64,000 bases of DNA. Origin: Trichoplax adhaerens (lineage: Eukaryota > Animalia > Placozoa). Within the stretch, counting starts at the first letter, position 1, and every line of letters starts with the position of its first letter. The stretch covers positions 1,230,452-1,294,451 of the forward strand of contig NW_002060952.1 of the NCBI RefSeq assembly GCF_000150275.1. Reading direction: 5' to 3'. Of this stretch, positions 49,495-64,000 are shown piece after piece. The notes beneath the pieces were generated by a model that saw only the letters and a list, made by a program, of their open reading frames with translations, ran no database searches and was not told the DNA's origin. The position numbers were made by a program, and so were the translations under genes.

Positions 49495-52400
49495 TTACTC
49501 GTACGATTTATTAATCATAAATGATTTATGATGATTAGAGTAGCTATTACTTGATCGAGCAGAGTGAAAAGAAAGAATACGATCGATCTCAGCGAAAGGT
49601 TTGGGGGTAGTCATCTTCTGTAATCGCTGTGAAAATGAATTAAAATAGTAAATATTTGGCTTAAAGAATTCTTTGTTATCTTTATATTAGATTAAATTTT
49701 AATAAATATAGAATATTATTAGGTATACGAGTATACGTACAACTAACTATGTAACACAAACTACAACATTCCGAAAGACTTCAATTCTACTAATTTATTT
49801 ATCCTTCAATTTAATTTCTGGCGATTATCCATTACACTTGCATTCTAATAGCACGAATGAAATCTTTGCACTTGCAAAGTTATCTACAATAACATTTATA
49901 ATTTACACGGCACTAGCTGTCAATTGCAAAGAAATTAAGCAGCAGTTGCAAACCTATTACTATTATCATTCGTATTGTATATTCGTAGATTTCAAAAATT
50001 TTTACGGAACTTCCTTAAATTAATCATCATCAAATTAATGCACTACGCGTCGATACGGTTGGCAGTTAATGTCTATACGATAATTGATATAATGAGGAAA
50101 TATACCTGCACTATACTTCCTTTAGCACGAATAAAAGAAAGAATAACAGAAATCAAGATGCAAACGAGAATTGACCCCGCCATTAACCATCCAGTAAGCA
50201 GTGACCACCAATACTGGGCAAATTTAACATTTGAGCCAGGAGAGGAATAAAAGATTACGCAAAATAATGTTGTGCCCTACAAGTAAAAAATTCGGTAGTC
50301 CCATTAATACAGTGTTTTTAATCAACGGTCTATATAAATCTTAAATCATAACATTTAAAGAAAAATAACTTCTAACCGATAAGTTTACTATTGAACGAAC
50401 TACTATAGTAAATACTATTAATTTGAGTTACAAATTTTGTTTACAAAATTAATGTTTTCAGAAGGATTCTAGCTGCATATTTTAATTTAATTTTGATACA
50501 TAGTTAATTTAAATCGTTCAAAATTTTGAGTGATATCTTGTACGTATATACTAAAAAGAGCCTAAGCATCACTGAAAGATGTATTAGGAGATAGGAAGTA
50601 AAAATGCATATCATTAGTCAATCTTAGATTTACCGTAACAATTAAGGGCGTGGGAATATACCATAATATTTTCCATAGGATGGATAGCTTTTCTCCTGCA
50701 ATAACTGAAAAGTCTTTGCGTAATCTCTTTACACCTAAATAAAATTATAAATCTAATTCTTATTCTGACAAATTTAATAGCTATTGAGTTACACACGTTT
50801 ATCGCTACATATAGGCACTCCTAAGCGTTATATGGAGCGTATATGTCGATGAAGTTTTATTAAACACAATTACTGATATTATAAATGCGATTGCTGTATT
50901 GTACTTTATTATAGTTAGTTTTGCATCTTAACTAGTGTAATGAATCTTAATATTTAAAATTCTCCTTAATGATTTTTTATTGTAATAAATATTGTAGCTT
51001 CAAAAAAATAACTGATTTGATTTCATTACTGTGGATTATACTTAGTAGCTTAGTATATTGTGAATCTGGCTACTTTATTCGGATTAGAATTTAAAAATGT
51101 CCTGTAGCATAGCATCGTTAAAATTATAGAAAGCAAAATTTTAATTAAAGTGATATATATAATTGGTATAACATTTACGCTTCAATTATCAAAAAACTGG
51201 CAGCTGATTTCGATCATAAAAAACAGTAGAAGTTACGAAACTTGGTCGCCGAATACAATGTAAACGCAAATTTTTTGATCTAGGTCCTAATTAAGATTGC
51301 TGGTTCGTCTTAGTGGATATTTATAGTTATGTTCTGTATGTGGTAGAAAGATATAATTTATAGATAAATAATGATTATACGTGTAATATTATTATTAACG
51401 TAGTAATTTAGGGAATCGAAGGTAGAATTTATCTTCTCATATGTGATTAATTGTCATTTTAATTTAGAATACTTTAGGGTGATAAGTTGATAGTCTGATA
51501 CCATCAACTGCTTTGCGTAGAATACAAAAAAGCAATGTAGTTCAGTAGTTGAGTAGTTCAAGTCAGTAAAATAAGACAGTAAAGGTTAAAATATTCCTAA
51601 AATTGTGAGTTATCTCATTTTTTGGACAGTTTAGTTGGTTGAGGGAGTAGTTTTTCCCTAACTGTCAAAATAAACTAGTATTTTCTCCGAAAGTCAACTT
51701 AAGTTGGAATTCAATGCAGTTATAATAATTTTACTCCTATTCTTATTTTAGAATGCAATTTTAATATAATCAAATGCTGTAGAGTAACAGTACGATACCT
51801 ATTTCTATCGAATTAGTTATCAGAAGGTCAGCAGCAAGTACAGAGAAGCACTAGTTATTTATGACCATCAATCATCGTTGGTAGGCAGAATTTGTTAATT
51901 CTACTAAATTTTTATCCCTAAATTTATTTCATACTCGATACCGTGTTTGAAACAACCTATAGATTGGTCAGCTTACCATATATCCAACAGGCTATAAAGA
52001 CTTCAAATATTAACACACACGGTAAGCAGATTTTCATGACGTACCAGTCAAATAATTGAAAAACGTATAAACCGCCCTAGCATATTATCGTAAATAAAAG
52101 TTTTACTTACAATATTCGATAACACTAGGCTAAGTACGTAATAAATTTCACTAATAGAAAGTTTTGATCATCTCACTTTACTAAATATTATAAAGTATTA
52201 ATACTTTAGCTGTAAAAGTATATCAAAAATTCAATATTACATTTAAACAGTACACTATTTACCTTGGTGATGCATGTCATGCCTAACAGATATTGAACCA
52301 AAGTTAACACTAAATAAATCATCGTTCGACGATTATATAACTGATCGGGGAAAGCATCAATTAAACCAGACGCGATAGACTCTGAGAAAGCGCACTGTAA

Positions 52401-55400
52401 ATTGAAAATTAAATTACTGCTAATTAGAGACCAATTATTTAATTTTATAAATATGAAAAGTAACAAAATAATGTCACAAAGTAACATTGGTTTTTGCAAA
52501 AAAAACTCAGCTACAAATGAGAAGCTAAAACTATACTAAATAAGCAGAAATAAATTCGCATCTTTTGTGTTCTTCTTTTCAATATATTTAATACAGGATT
52601 TAGAACGCTGCCTCCTTAATTACATATACCAGACCTGGTTATCGAAGGCAATGAGAAATATCATCAAATAGAACATGGCCGACCACAAATGACCTAATTG
52701 TAATACCCCAACACTGGTGGGATAGACAACGAAAACTAACATTGAACCAATTAAGCCAGTTTCTAAGGCATAAAATTAATAAAAGTAACCTACGTCAGAC
52801 GATTATAATCAATAGGCATTGATAACGGATAAAAAGATACAATAATAATTATAAACGTATAACTAAATATTGACGCCAACTATGCTTGCTCTTACCCTGC
52901 AGCTCCAGTACATATAAACTAATGTTAGAAATTCAAATTTATTATTTATTAAATTGCGTATAATCTACCGTCTGATGTAATTTGATTGATCAACACAGGC
53001 CTAGAACCCAATAAAGAACCAATATTCAACAACAACGTAAAACAAAAGAGAATACTTGTAGCAAAATTGACAGCAGGAATGGCAACACCGAATCTGCTAA
53101 ATAAATGAGAACAAATATAATATTAGCCTAGTTAGTGCATGGGATAAAATAGAATAACTATTCTAGTTAGTTAGGCGTAATGTAATCTACGTTCTATAAT
53201 CCATTAGCATGAATTATGTAAAAACCGAGAAAGAAATATGGCTTACAATTATTATTAGCTTCTATATTAGGCATTTACAGAATTTATTATTAAATGCCAC
53301 TTCACTTGGAATTAAAAAATGTTTTACTGTATATTTTACTAAATTTCATATACGAAATGTAAGAAATACAGATAAAGTAAGCCATATATTAAAAACTACA
53401 ACCTGCATTTCTTCTAACCTAATAAACTTGTAATCTCTCTTATTATAGGAAGAATAAGTTATGATAGGCCCGAAACCCACTCCGAGTGAAACCATAGCCT
53501 GTAAGCTGGCATCGCCCCAAAGCTAAAATATTAGCAGTTAATAAGTCTAGGCATCATGAATTATTTAAATCCGCTTTAATATATTTGGATAATAATACAA
53601 GGACGTAGATATCTTTGTTTACTAGCGTACAAACTATTCCTAAGAATATAGCTGTCGTCAAATTAAGCATATTTGGTAACATTATCAAACCTCAATATTT
53701 TGTAAGCTACTGATATTTGATTTCCAAAGAAATTTTGTGATCCCCGCTATATTGCCTGGCGCTGCTAAACCCCGGATGAACAAGATGACAATGATAAGAT
53801 ATGAAAGTGCTGTGGTTACATATGACGCCTATAGAAGAAAGAAAAACCATTCAAAGCTCTTATTAATCACTTTGGTCAACTTCCAAATATAATACATTGA
53901 TCTGAGTTTCAAAATTATAATAATTTTACAAATTAATTAAATCCACATTTTTGCTATCCTTGGCTCTCAAGCACCAAAAATTAAATTTGATAGAATTAAA
54001 GAAAGATTTAATACTGATATAAATGTTTAATCAATAATATAAATTTTCTGTTGACCAACAGTACGTTAGATTTCACCTCATTTAAATTGATAATAGAAAC
54101 GTTAAAAATAGATAAACTGAAACGAATGGAAACTACTGTAATCAGTAATGGTATCAGCTAATTTTATACCCTTTCAGGATAAAAAGCGTACTTATAGCAT
54201 TTAAGTTAGATACTAATTTAATCAGTTCGCCTTTTTTTAGACCAACCATAATTGCACCTACTAAAGCTACTTTAAATCTAAAGAATGAACAAGTCAATAT
54301 CGCTTTTACCTTGCCAGAAACAAAAATTCCTTTGAAAGAAACAAGATATACCATCAGCCAGCATATAGCTAGGTAAACAGCCATATCAATCTTAACTGCT
54401 CCAGGTAATAAAGGATTAGTCGTTAAGTCTAAGACTTGATTTCTGGACAATTAGCGTCAATATTCATAATTTCATAACGGGAAATAAAAAAAAATGAGAC
54501 TTTATTAGTCAAAATAATCTATAGATTGCTAAGTAATACCGTAACCTAAAGATGTTGATATATTGCAAAAGACATGTTACTGCCAATAATTTAATTATTT
54601 GCTTTAAATCGTTAATGAAGTAAAATCTGCAATAAAAATTCTAACAATCTTCGATCTCAAAGATCGCATTGCAGATCTAGGTATATGTATTTATTCCGGT
54701 GATTGCTATACCGTAAGCTAGCATAGTTTTTCATTAGACTGCAAGCGTTACCGTGTGTAGAACACAGACAACTGGATTATGATTTTAATGGATAAACTGA
54801 AGCAAAACTAGACCAGTGATGGAATAAAGTAAGGAAAAAACACTTGGTGCCGATCGTGAGATCGATTAAATGACAGCAGCTCCGTTATTATAAGTACTGA
54901 TGGCTATACCTACAATATCAATCATCTATAGACTGTAGATTTATATATCTAGTACAGTAAGTTTACTAATTTGACTACTTTATAAAATAATAAGAGAGGA
55001 TGCGACATATTGTTACAATATGACTAAAGACTTATATTGTATGGCATCCCTTTACAATAACAATTTTGTTGCATTTCATAAATTATTCTATTATTAACCA
55101 TAATTTTATATTAGCAAAATATGCCAATATCTATAGTCTTACCTGAAATATTCATTACTTGACAGAACACCTACTATATCTTTATTAATATCGTTGACAC
55201 TAATACAATGATTGGTATTCCAAGTATTATTGCATGTAGTCCATGGTAGAACCGGCTGAAAAGAGTTAATAAAATAATGCAAGCTCCATACCATAGGTAC
55301 AACATGGAAAATAGACATAAAGAAGCATAATGTAATCATCGCACCGCCGACACCTTAAATATGAAATACAACGGTAGAAATCTTGTTAGTAGGTTAATGA

Positions 55401-56572
55401 AGATCGAATAAACAAATTTTTAAAGATAGTACAAAGTGCTGTGTGCACGTCTATCTAGCATTATTATGTATTATAGGTTTACCGAATTTCTTTAGCATTA
55501 ATAAATGTAAAATGCTAATGCTAACAAGTGCAATTAAATCTCTTCTATCTTAGTATCGATAAAATGTAAAATGTCAAAGGTATAAAAAAGAAGCTCAGGA
55601 ACAGTAAGAACAAGAGCAGAGTCTAAGTAGATGCACAAAGTTGGTTAAATATTTGACAAAATTCTATAAAGTATACGTCCAATGCTCAATATAGCTTGGG
55701 ACAAGTATAATTTATTACGTAATATGAGGCTTTTCGCTGTATTAGTCTTAGGAAAGGAATCACAACATTACTAAAATAATAGCTAACTACATATTATTTC
55801 ATATTGAAATACACTACAATCGGTTCTTTTTCGTAATATGCTGATTGAGAACATAAACCATTATCTTTATCTATGGCTAATGTACGTATTATCTACATCT
55901 AGCGAATATAGTAAATAGGCTTGCGACATAAATTGCCTGTATTTAATGAATCAGATGAAATCCTATTATTTTCATCAACTTCCCTACTTTTTAGTTCTTA
56001 GCTTTAAAGGTAAATCATAAATCAACATGTAGTACGAAACTATCCGATAATGATAAACGAGTCTATATATGACTTGTTTAAGAAATATCTCAACATAAGG
56101 TCATCCGCTATTCAAAGACTGAAATCTACAAGTATTTACTTGCTATACGTTTGCCATTTCTCAAAGAAAATCAAACCACGAAATTTACATTCTTGCGGCT
56201 GTAATTATTAAATGTAAAAATGTGTAAAGTACTAGAAGACATCATTTTTCTGCGGGTATTAAGCTACCTGCGTATAATCGTAGTATCTGTACAAATACGC
56301 TCATATCATATTAAAATTTTCAACATATTCCATCATTACTAAGTATGGCTCTCATGAGATAGTCCATAAGTGGATTGATAAATCTTTTCAACTGTTTGAT
56401 AAATCATAAGTAATAGCGATTACATTGTCAAACTTACCGTGAAACAGTGGGCACATGCGTGCGAATACTATCGTCGGGCCACGTTGGTAATTTTGTCCGA
56501 CGATCATTTCAATTAGAAATAAAGGTAATCCGCAAAGGAGGAATGCCAAAGCATAAGGAATAATGGCAATAA
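49495..56572 (-). CDS. SLC6 (sodium:neurotransmitter symporter family) transporter, divergent; TM2 to C-terminus, TM1 exon not identified
   Basis: In-phase GT-AG exons: 56438-56572 (IPY..CGLPLFLIEM.VGQ), 55143-55353 (LPWTTCNNTWNT..C, EYF), 54310-54442, ~53691-53828 (LFIRGL), ~53419-53522 (WGDA..SLGVGFG..YSSYN), ~52969-53093, ~52636-52762 (FVVYP..WS), ~52263-52394, 51977-52076 (GGLYVFQLFDWY..WIYG), ~50634-50733, 50106-50276 and 49495-49626 (stop). No internal stops seen. Confidence 0.88.
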
Positions 56573-59500
56573 CTATACAAGAAGCATTAAATATAAGATA
56601 GTTTAAAGTTTATGTCAAGAGAAAAATTCCGATGTACTTTACCAGTTATAATATTCATCATTTGAATTTAGAGAGAACTAGAATAATTAATAAAAATAAT
56701 AAAGTGAATTATATATCGTCATATGATAGATATTCGCTGCGGTAGTACACATTATGTCGAGGTTGTTATTGTGAGCCATTTCTGCAAGTTTTCAAATGCT
56801 AACAATATTCTAACCCAGTAGATAATGGCATTATTTTATTCATTCCTCAATCAAAGGGATAAATCGAATTGCTTATGAGGTATTTATAATTGCAATTATC
56901 TCTTTAATAATTAGAAACAAGTAGGTATTTAGTGTTAAGAAATCATCAACTGCAGTCTAAAAATTAGGCCAAATTGGGTTCATATTTACACGTATTTTAA
57001 TTTAAAATGCTCCACTAAACACCATATGCATACAATCCAAAGTTATCAAATCTTGCGCAACTGTATTTGGTTAATTACAGTTGATTAAACTTCTAAATGA
57101 CTCATAGACTGCCAAATAGTAACTTTCAGTAGTTTATTGAAAGCTATCGACTGTACTGTACGATTATGTATGACAGAATCAGACATTTCTTTAGCCAACT
57201 ATTTATTATACATAGAGGGATACTGATGGTTAATATTCATGATCATACGAGCGAATTGTAGTAGCACAGATAAAGTGTGATAGCTCTGGAAATAGTTTTG
57301 AAGTTATAGGGATTGACAATTCAGAAATTTCCCCTTGTAATTAATTTGTTATAGCTACCCTAGTTGCAGACCTACATTTTATTTTGCCATTCACCATTTC
57401 AATCAGCCCTTCACCAAAATAAATTTGTAAAAAAATTTCTCTTAACTACATTATCGGATGATTTGAACACTCAGTGTGGCAATATTACGCCAATCTATCA
57501 TTCACGATAAACACAAGTTATTTGAAATCTTAACATTCGTATAATGATGATATATTTGATTGAAGCAGCAGGAGTAATTTATTACGGATGTACAGATTTC
57601 TAGATGAGCATAATTGGTGACTGCTCAGGCAATATTGGGTGAAATGGGATACTTTACTATTTAACACGTATCCTTATGACTTTCAAAAAGAAATATGAGA
57701 AGATTTTTGCATTGAAGTAATTTCATTCTAATCAGCTTACGTCATCTATTAATGGCACATCGCTATAGGTAAGCCAACAAGATTTACGTACAGATTAAAA
57801 AGCAATTTGGATTGCTTCGTTTTCATTTTGTGCATGTGTGTCTATCTACTAGGACTAGTCTACGAGGTTAAAGTTTGTCAGCTGTCATTTGGTGATTAAA
57901 CCCATATTGCTTCCTACATTGTAAATGATGTAAACAATCATGAACAGTATCCAAGGCGTAGGATTAATCACGTTACTACCCCATATTTTCTTAGATTTTT
58001 GTTTATTATTTAGATGAATTTATAACTTACGTATTAATTAAAAACCTTCTCGTTATGTTATGCACGAACGATAAAATACAATAAACACTATAATTATAAA
58101 ATGTTTAGGCATATTTTAATGCTTTATTTATCTAGCGTTATCTACTAAATAGAAGTGGTAAGATCTAAATTTAAAATAGATTGTCTTAGATTTATTTTGA
58201 TCTGTTTGGGAATGGATATCGCTATTCGATAGTGAATTGAAATAAATAAATAAATACATATACTGAAGCCCATGAAAAGCGTAACCCTTACTATAATCAG
58301 TGGTGGCTTTTAACTAATAAATGAAATTCAAGACTACTATTACTCATCGAGAACTACTACGCATTGGTATTAAATCAAAAAATTGAATCGAGATAAAATT
58401 TTTCTTACTCTTTATCGATATTTTAGCTGTAAAGCAGAAGTAAGTTAAGTTATTTTCAGTACAATCTGTACAACAAAGTGTTTTTATCCATAACAGTATA
58501 TATCAATATTGTTTGTATATTTTATTTTCAAGAAGTGGTAAGCAAGTAAATATTTTTTATCGCAAACAAAATCAGTAAAGATTGAATCACCCCAAAGAAC
58601 TATCCTATTTTTATCGATAAGAATAAGATGTTTAAAATACAATATCGGTCAAGTTTTGCAATCATAAAATACCAAAAAATTAAAGCCAATAACATCAACA
58701 ACTTTTTTATACAATAATTCTGGAATTAACTCATTATTTTATTTTAATTTAACTGATGTACTATTTCATTCATTTCCTGGTATTTAATTATCCAGTTAAA
58801 CAATACGTTATGATTTCAGCTTTGTACCCATACATATTGATCTTAAATAAGATCATTTAACACTTGCCAGACTTTTTTGTCTTACTCTAAAGGTGATATT
58901 AGCTTGATTTTAATCGTATATCAAAACAAATGTAATTACTGTAAGCAAAATCGAATAAAAGCCAATTTAATTAGATGAAAGTGAGTCAATGATTGCCTAT
59001 TATTACCATTATTATCATAATTATTAACTATTAGATATCTTAATGGCAGTCCTAACCCATAGAAGTACATATGTTAAACACGCATTGTCATTACTGTATT
59101 CATTAGGAAGATTAACTATCAACTATTTTTAATATTTGATTCGTATGAATAGTCGTATGTCAAGCAAAACTTTATTTATTTTCCTTTTATTGAACTTCGG
59201 TCAGAGGATAGGTGTAAAGGCTGGCATACTACAGTGACTATACACCGTAAATTTCTCTTCTGAGTTAGAATCAATGCTTATTCTCAGTTGAATATGATCC
59301 ATTTCTCAACATCGACTTAAAATTTTGAATTATCATTTATAGGTGTAAACGTATTAACAATCTTTAATAGATAATTAATTAAAGTCTAATTAACTAATTT
59401 AATGCTAAAATCAATGATGTGTACTTGGTTTAAAATTAAATAATTATACCATTCGCTTATAAAAAATATGTGGAGGTAATTTCTTCAAAAAATTTGTCTA

Positions 59501-60102
59501 TCAAGTTCCCACTCCTTACACGTGAATTGGAGTGAACAAGATAAATCTAGACCAAACCTGTTTAAACTAGTAAAAATTTTAAATGAAATAAGTCAACGTC
59601 GAGACAAATACAACGTTGCAGCATACTATTTAATACTTTTCTAAACCCGGAAATATTTCGATGTCCTATCACTTTATCACACATCTTAGGATGCAGCCCA
59701 TTTTATTAATTTAGAAATATACCCCAAACTGAGTCATTTAGGTTACGATTCCGTTTGATCGTAGGAAGTAACATCCAACTGTCATTTTATAATTATTGCA
59801 TTACAACAATCATTCATTATTACTTAATATTTGGCATGCCTGCCGATCGCATCACTTTGGATTCTCTTTCAGTAGGCTACCAAAATTAATCTAGATTCCC
59901 TTAAACTGTATAGAAAAATAGACATTCGCCCTTATACTAAAAATAGCTCTAGACTTATAATTTTTATCAAAGTATGAACAATCGATATTTAAACATACCA
60001 TTGAATTGTTAACAATCTTAATAGTAGTAAAAAAGCGATATGATAGAATGTGTGTATCGTCTAAGATTCTGTAGTAAAAGTAAGGTACTGTTCTATGCTG
60101 GA

Positions 60103-60540
60103 GCAGCAAAACTTCAAATTCAGCTACAGGTATAGCAAATTTACGCGTAATATCTAATAGCTATAAATAAACTATATAGAATGTACTATCGATAAAAATT
60201 TTCAAGTAAATGTATGTTCATTGATCTGCGTTGAAGCAGTAAAATTTTAAATTAAGCGATATGTATCTACGGAAGTACATCATCCCGTATAAGCATGAAG
60301 CATACATTTAATATTATTGAATAAACTATATTACGAAGTGTAAAATTGTTTAAGGATTGTAAATGAAAGTACGTGCAGCGCTCTATCCCCCGGTAGTAAA
60401 ATTTCAAATTTAGCTTAATGTATCTATGGAAGAACATGATATAAATACATGATGAACGCGTAAATCGTAATGGTAGTAAGTAAACTACGCAATGGAAAGT
60501 AAAATTGTCTAAGATTTAAATAAAAATACGTGCATTGCTA
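60103..60540. repeat. Diverged tandem repeat, 2-3 units of ~135-157 bp
   Basis: gtaaaattt.aaatt.agc..atgtatcta.ggaag.acat at ~60239 and ~60396; taaacta...gtaaaattgt.taag..tt..aaat.aaa.tacgtgca at ~60322 and ~60481; a weaker copy starts at ~60103. Confidence 0.7.
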
Positions 60541-63500
60541 AGGGCTCTTTCTAGTAATGATTAGCATTGCTCTATTATGAGTAGCATAGCTTAAATGAAG
60601 CCATATACATATTCGTAGGAAAGTTGACATCCATTCATTTAAAATTAAGAAAGAGAATTTGTTTGTATTATGTCTAAGTCACATGGTCTAAGCTGCCTCT
60701 ATCTCATATCCTATAGATTTTAATAATTTTAATAATTTCTTGATTGAACTGATCATTTCATATACTTCTTTGAATCCAGTGCAAGTTTAAATACGTGAAA
60801 CAATCGATTAATACTAAAACTACAAGCTATGGCTTATAGTTAGCTTCGTATAGCTTCAAATACACTCCATCAACTAAATTAATAATGATCCATATTCTCT
60901 AAAGGTAGATCGTAGCGTCAATTGCTCCAATCATAACTTCATTTTTTTAGCAGATATTTTCTGTTTCCAATACAGATTACGCAGAAAGGTAATTCTGGTA
61001 CATTGTAGTTTGGAAAAAGTAACTTGTTCTGAAATTATTTATAAAAATGTTCACGGTGTAAGTTCTTAGTTACATAAGTATCATAAGTATTTTAACTAGA
61101 TACTGGGTAAAGAGCGTAATTTTATTAGGAACTGCATAATAAGATATATTAAAACTGTATGTACGGATATGATGAACGATAATTTTATATCGAACAAAGC
61201 TATTGTCTTAGAAAGAGCTAGGTAAGCAATCGACTAATGCAACATTATGTTTGTCAGATAGCGGATATCACAATGATTAAATGCAGCAATTATCTGTCAC
61301 AGTCAAAAAATATTACCGAAATTAATTCTCTTTTCATCGCGATTTGATATAGCTAAATGATATATTCTCTACTTGCAAGATGTTATATGCTTTATTGTGG
61401 AAGTAAGGATATATCGAAGAGTATACAGTAAATATTTCACTTTTACCCCACTAGCTTTATCCTATCAGTACAGTCAATTTTGGAATTTGTAAGATATGAT
61501 TGATGTCAACTAGAGTTAGGGTTCAAAAATTCTAAGTAAATTCATTGCACCAGCTTTAAAGCAGAACTTGCAAGCGAAATTCGATGTCAGTGGATTCTAA
61601 AATAGTCGGGCATATGGTAGGATAGCATCATCTTAAAATATTCTAACCATACACTATATTGATCCGTATGCATATTATACATTATGCAAATAGTGTTCAA
61701 AGATATTCTACTGATTTTATTATTAAAGTAATCACGCCTTGCTTCATCATATTAAACAATCATAATTGCCAACTCCAACTGAGTTCATGTCATTTGCTTT
61801 CGACTGCAACGATATCCGATAACTTTTTAACGGATGTCAATTAATTAATTGCATAGACGATGAGAACAGTGGCCAACAGGGTAAAAACAATGGCATAAAA
61901 TAATAGAATGCAGTTACAATGGCAGATTTTATTAGTCACTGGGATCATCACTGATATTTATCGCAAAGACAGGAAGTTCATGAAGGAATTACTTCACATG
62001 ACAGCCACTATACCATAGATCTTTCTGCGAGAATTACTATTTTATCGTTAATGTGATGCTTCCATCTTGAAATAAAATTGGTTTTGCAAGGTATCATGAA
62101 GTTTATTGAATAGTTAGCCTAGCCAAAATGTTTTGATAGTTTCCGATTAGAGTCTCGCAATCTTTTATCTGCTATGATTTTAAGCTAACTATAGTGGTCC
62201 GCAAATTAAATAGTCAATTGCACGAATTAATGCTATTAACTCAAATATTCGTTACTATTAGTACGATATCATTAGTAATAATTTATTTTCGTAAAATTTA
62301 CATCTCTCCTTGTGATATTACCCTTTAGGTAAATTATCAAAACCCTTACTATTGCACCTATCAATTGCTGATGGAATATACTGAGCAATCTTTATTTCTC
62401 GCAGCTTGCCCGATAGATTTCTATTATACCTAACATTTTCCGTACATTAATTTAACGTATTTTACAGTATGTACTGCAAGCACCATTTCCAATGAGCTAG
62501 ATAGAGTCGCTGTTCATTCTCTTCATCTAGAACAAAGTAACAACAAATTTGCCATTTTTTTCATTGACATTGTGTAATCCCCGCGGTCCACCTGTTTTTA
62601 ATATTTGCAATGCACTTGCCTACTATTTAAACAAAATAATGATGCCACATATTCGTAGTATAGATCAATTTGAGCATCCACTGTTCGGTCTCTTCGTAAA
62701 GCAGACAGACAGTTTTTTTCAATGTCAACATTTTTTGTTTTTGAATCCAATTTTTATATCTCACCAATCAGGCGCCTAAGGAATGGTCTTATATTTGTTA
62801 CAAAATCTCTTAAGATCCTTGCATATAGAAATTCTAGTGAACACTGTAGGTAATACAGCAGATGCGGTCAAATTAATTAATCCCTATCACACAAGAATCA
62901 GATTAAAATTTATGATTGCGTCTTGATCCTGCTTTATTTGTGTACTTATTATTCTCTCATCAAGATAAACTCAATGGGTAGGATTGATAACGACTATGGA
63001 AGGAATTAAGAAGTTGTATCATTTTGACACAAATATATTTTAATATTATCTGAGCCTCCTATGCTACCATTTCGGTCTCGATTATTTCATACTTTTTGAT
63101 TCTAACGTTGATATCAACTATCGTCTGGATTATTAATATTATAGTCAGTAATATTCAATGCATTAAAAAAACAAAGAGAAAAGAAAGATTTATAAGCCGT
63201 CTGAAATAACCACGGGATAAGTTATTCATTATAAATTCAACTTCAAATGATGAAGGGAAAAATACTCCTTGACTTAAATAATCACTTTATATACAGGATA
63301 GGATTCACTTGGTGGCTAATAATATTTACTTATTGCTAGCGTGTATATAAAACACAGTTTACTGTATATTAAAGTATAGCAATATTGAAATCTTATATTG
63401 TATACGAGTTTCTTAAAATATCAATAATTGCAAAGTTGTCAATGATCAGATGGCTTTAATAATATTGTAAATTGTACATAAGGCTAAGTAAAATGCATCA

Positions 63501-64000
63501 AAAGATAACATTGGATGATTTAATTCTAAGTCAACATTCTTAAAGCCATCCACGATTAATCAATAGTAGATATTAATACAATGCCTGAATCCAAAATGGA
63601 ATCAATAGGACGATAAAGAAAAAAATAAAATGATAAATGATAAATGATTCGCCATCAAGTACAAAGTTAAAAGGGGCTTATGACTGGCATTTTAAGACTA
63701 AAGATAAGTAAGCCAGGATACTGATGGTATTCTGTACGATACGCAAAACAACATTGCCTACGGTAGCGTTTTCACAATATCCTGAAGAAAATTTAATTCA
63801 GTAAAGAATCCAATCGATACTATAAAATGCATCGATTGCACTATAGCTAAGGTAATAGCGATCAACATTTAGCTTCTACCAACAAACAAAAGATGTATCA
63901 AAAATTAAAGCGATTTTCAACCAGATAACCTTAATTATAGCAATGGCGAATTAGAAGCAGTAATGTAGTGTGCATTTATCCTGTAAGTCATTCGAGTACA

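Noticed and set aside
52896-52918. Possible 23-nt SLC6 micro-exon (ag|tttatatg...gcagg|gtaag)
   Set aside because: It would shift the frame; the flanking exons join in phase without it.
57880-57990. Minus-strand hydrophobic peptide (KIWGSNVINPTPWILFMIVYIIYNVGSNMG) as SLC6 TM1
   Set aside because: It lacks NxWRFP and runs into a stop without a convincing in-phase donor.

Overview
AT-rich eukaryotic (animal) genomic DNA with short GT-AG introns. The compact intron-rich genes, tandem intronless orphan GPCRs and (ACAGT)n-type repeats suggest a placozoan such as Trichoplax; this is an inference, not a database result. Left to right: (1) three intronless, same-strand rhodopsin-class GPCR paralogues; (2) a disrupted S10 serine carboxypeptidase pseudogene and an intact intronless cathepsin A-like paralogue with an unusual hydrophobic C-terminus; (3) a repeat-plus-hairpin element; (4) TM9SF3 (minus strand), containing an 18-nt micro-exon and a frame-broken first exon; (5) a ~7 kb spacer rich in ACAGT/ACTGT repeats; (6) G3BP (plus strand); (7) a divergent SLC6 transporter (minus strand) with substituted gate residues and no recognisable TM1 exon. 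I found no rRNA, tRNA or CRISPR. I cannot demonstrate a wholly new system. The best candidates are the GPCR cluster with olfactory-receptor-like motifs, the possibly membrane-anchored carboxypeptidase, the atypical SLC6 and a strongly C-depleted island at 22.9-23.7 kb. Exon coordinates were read by eye and may be off by a few bases.
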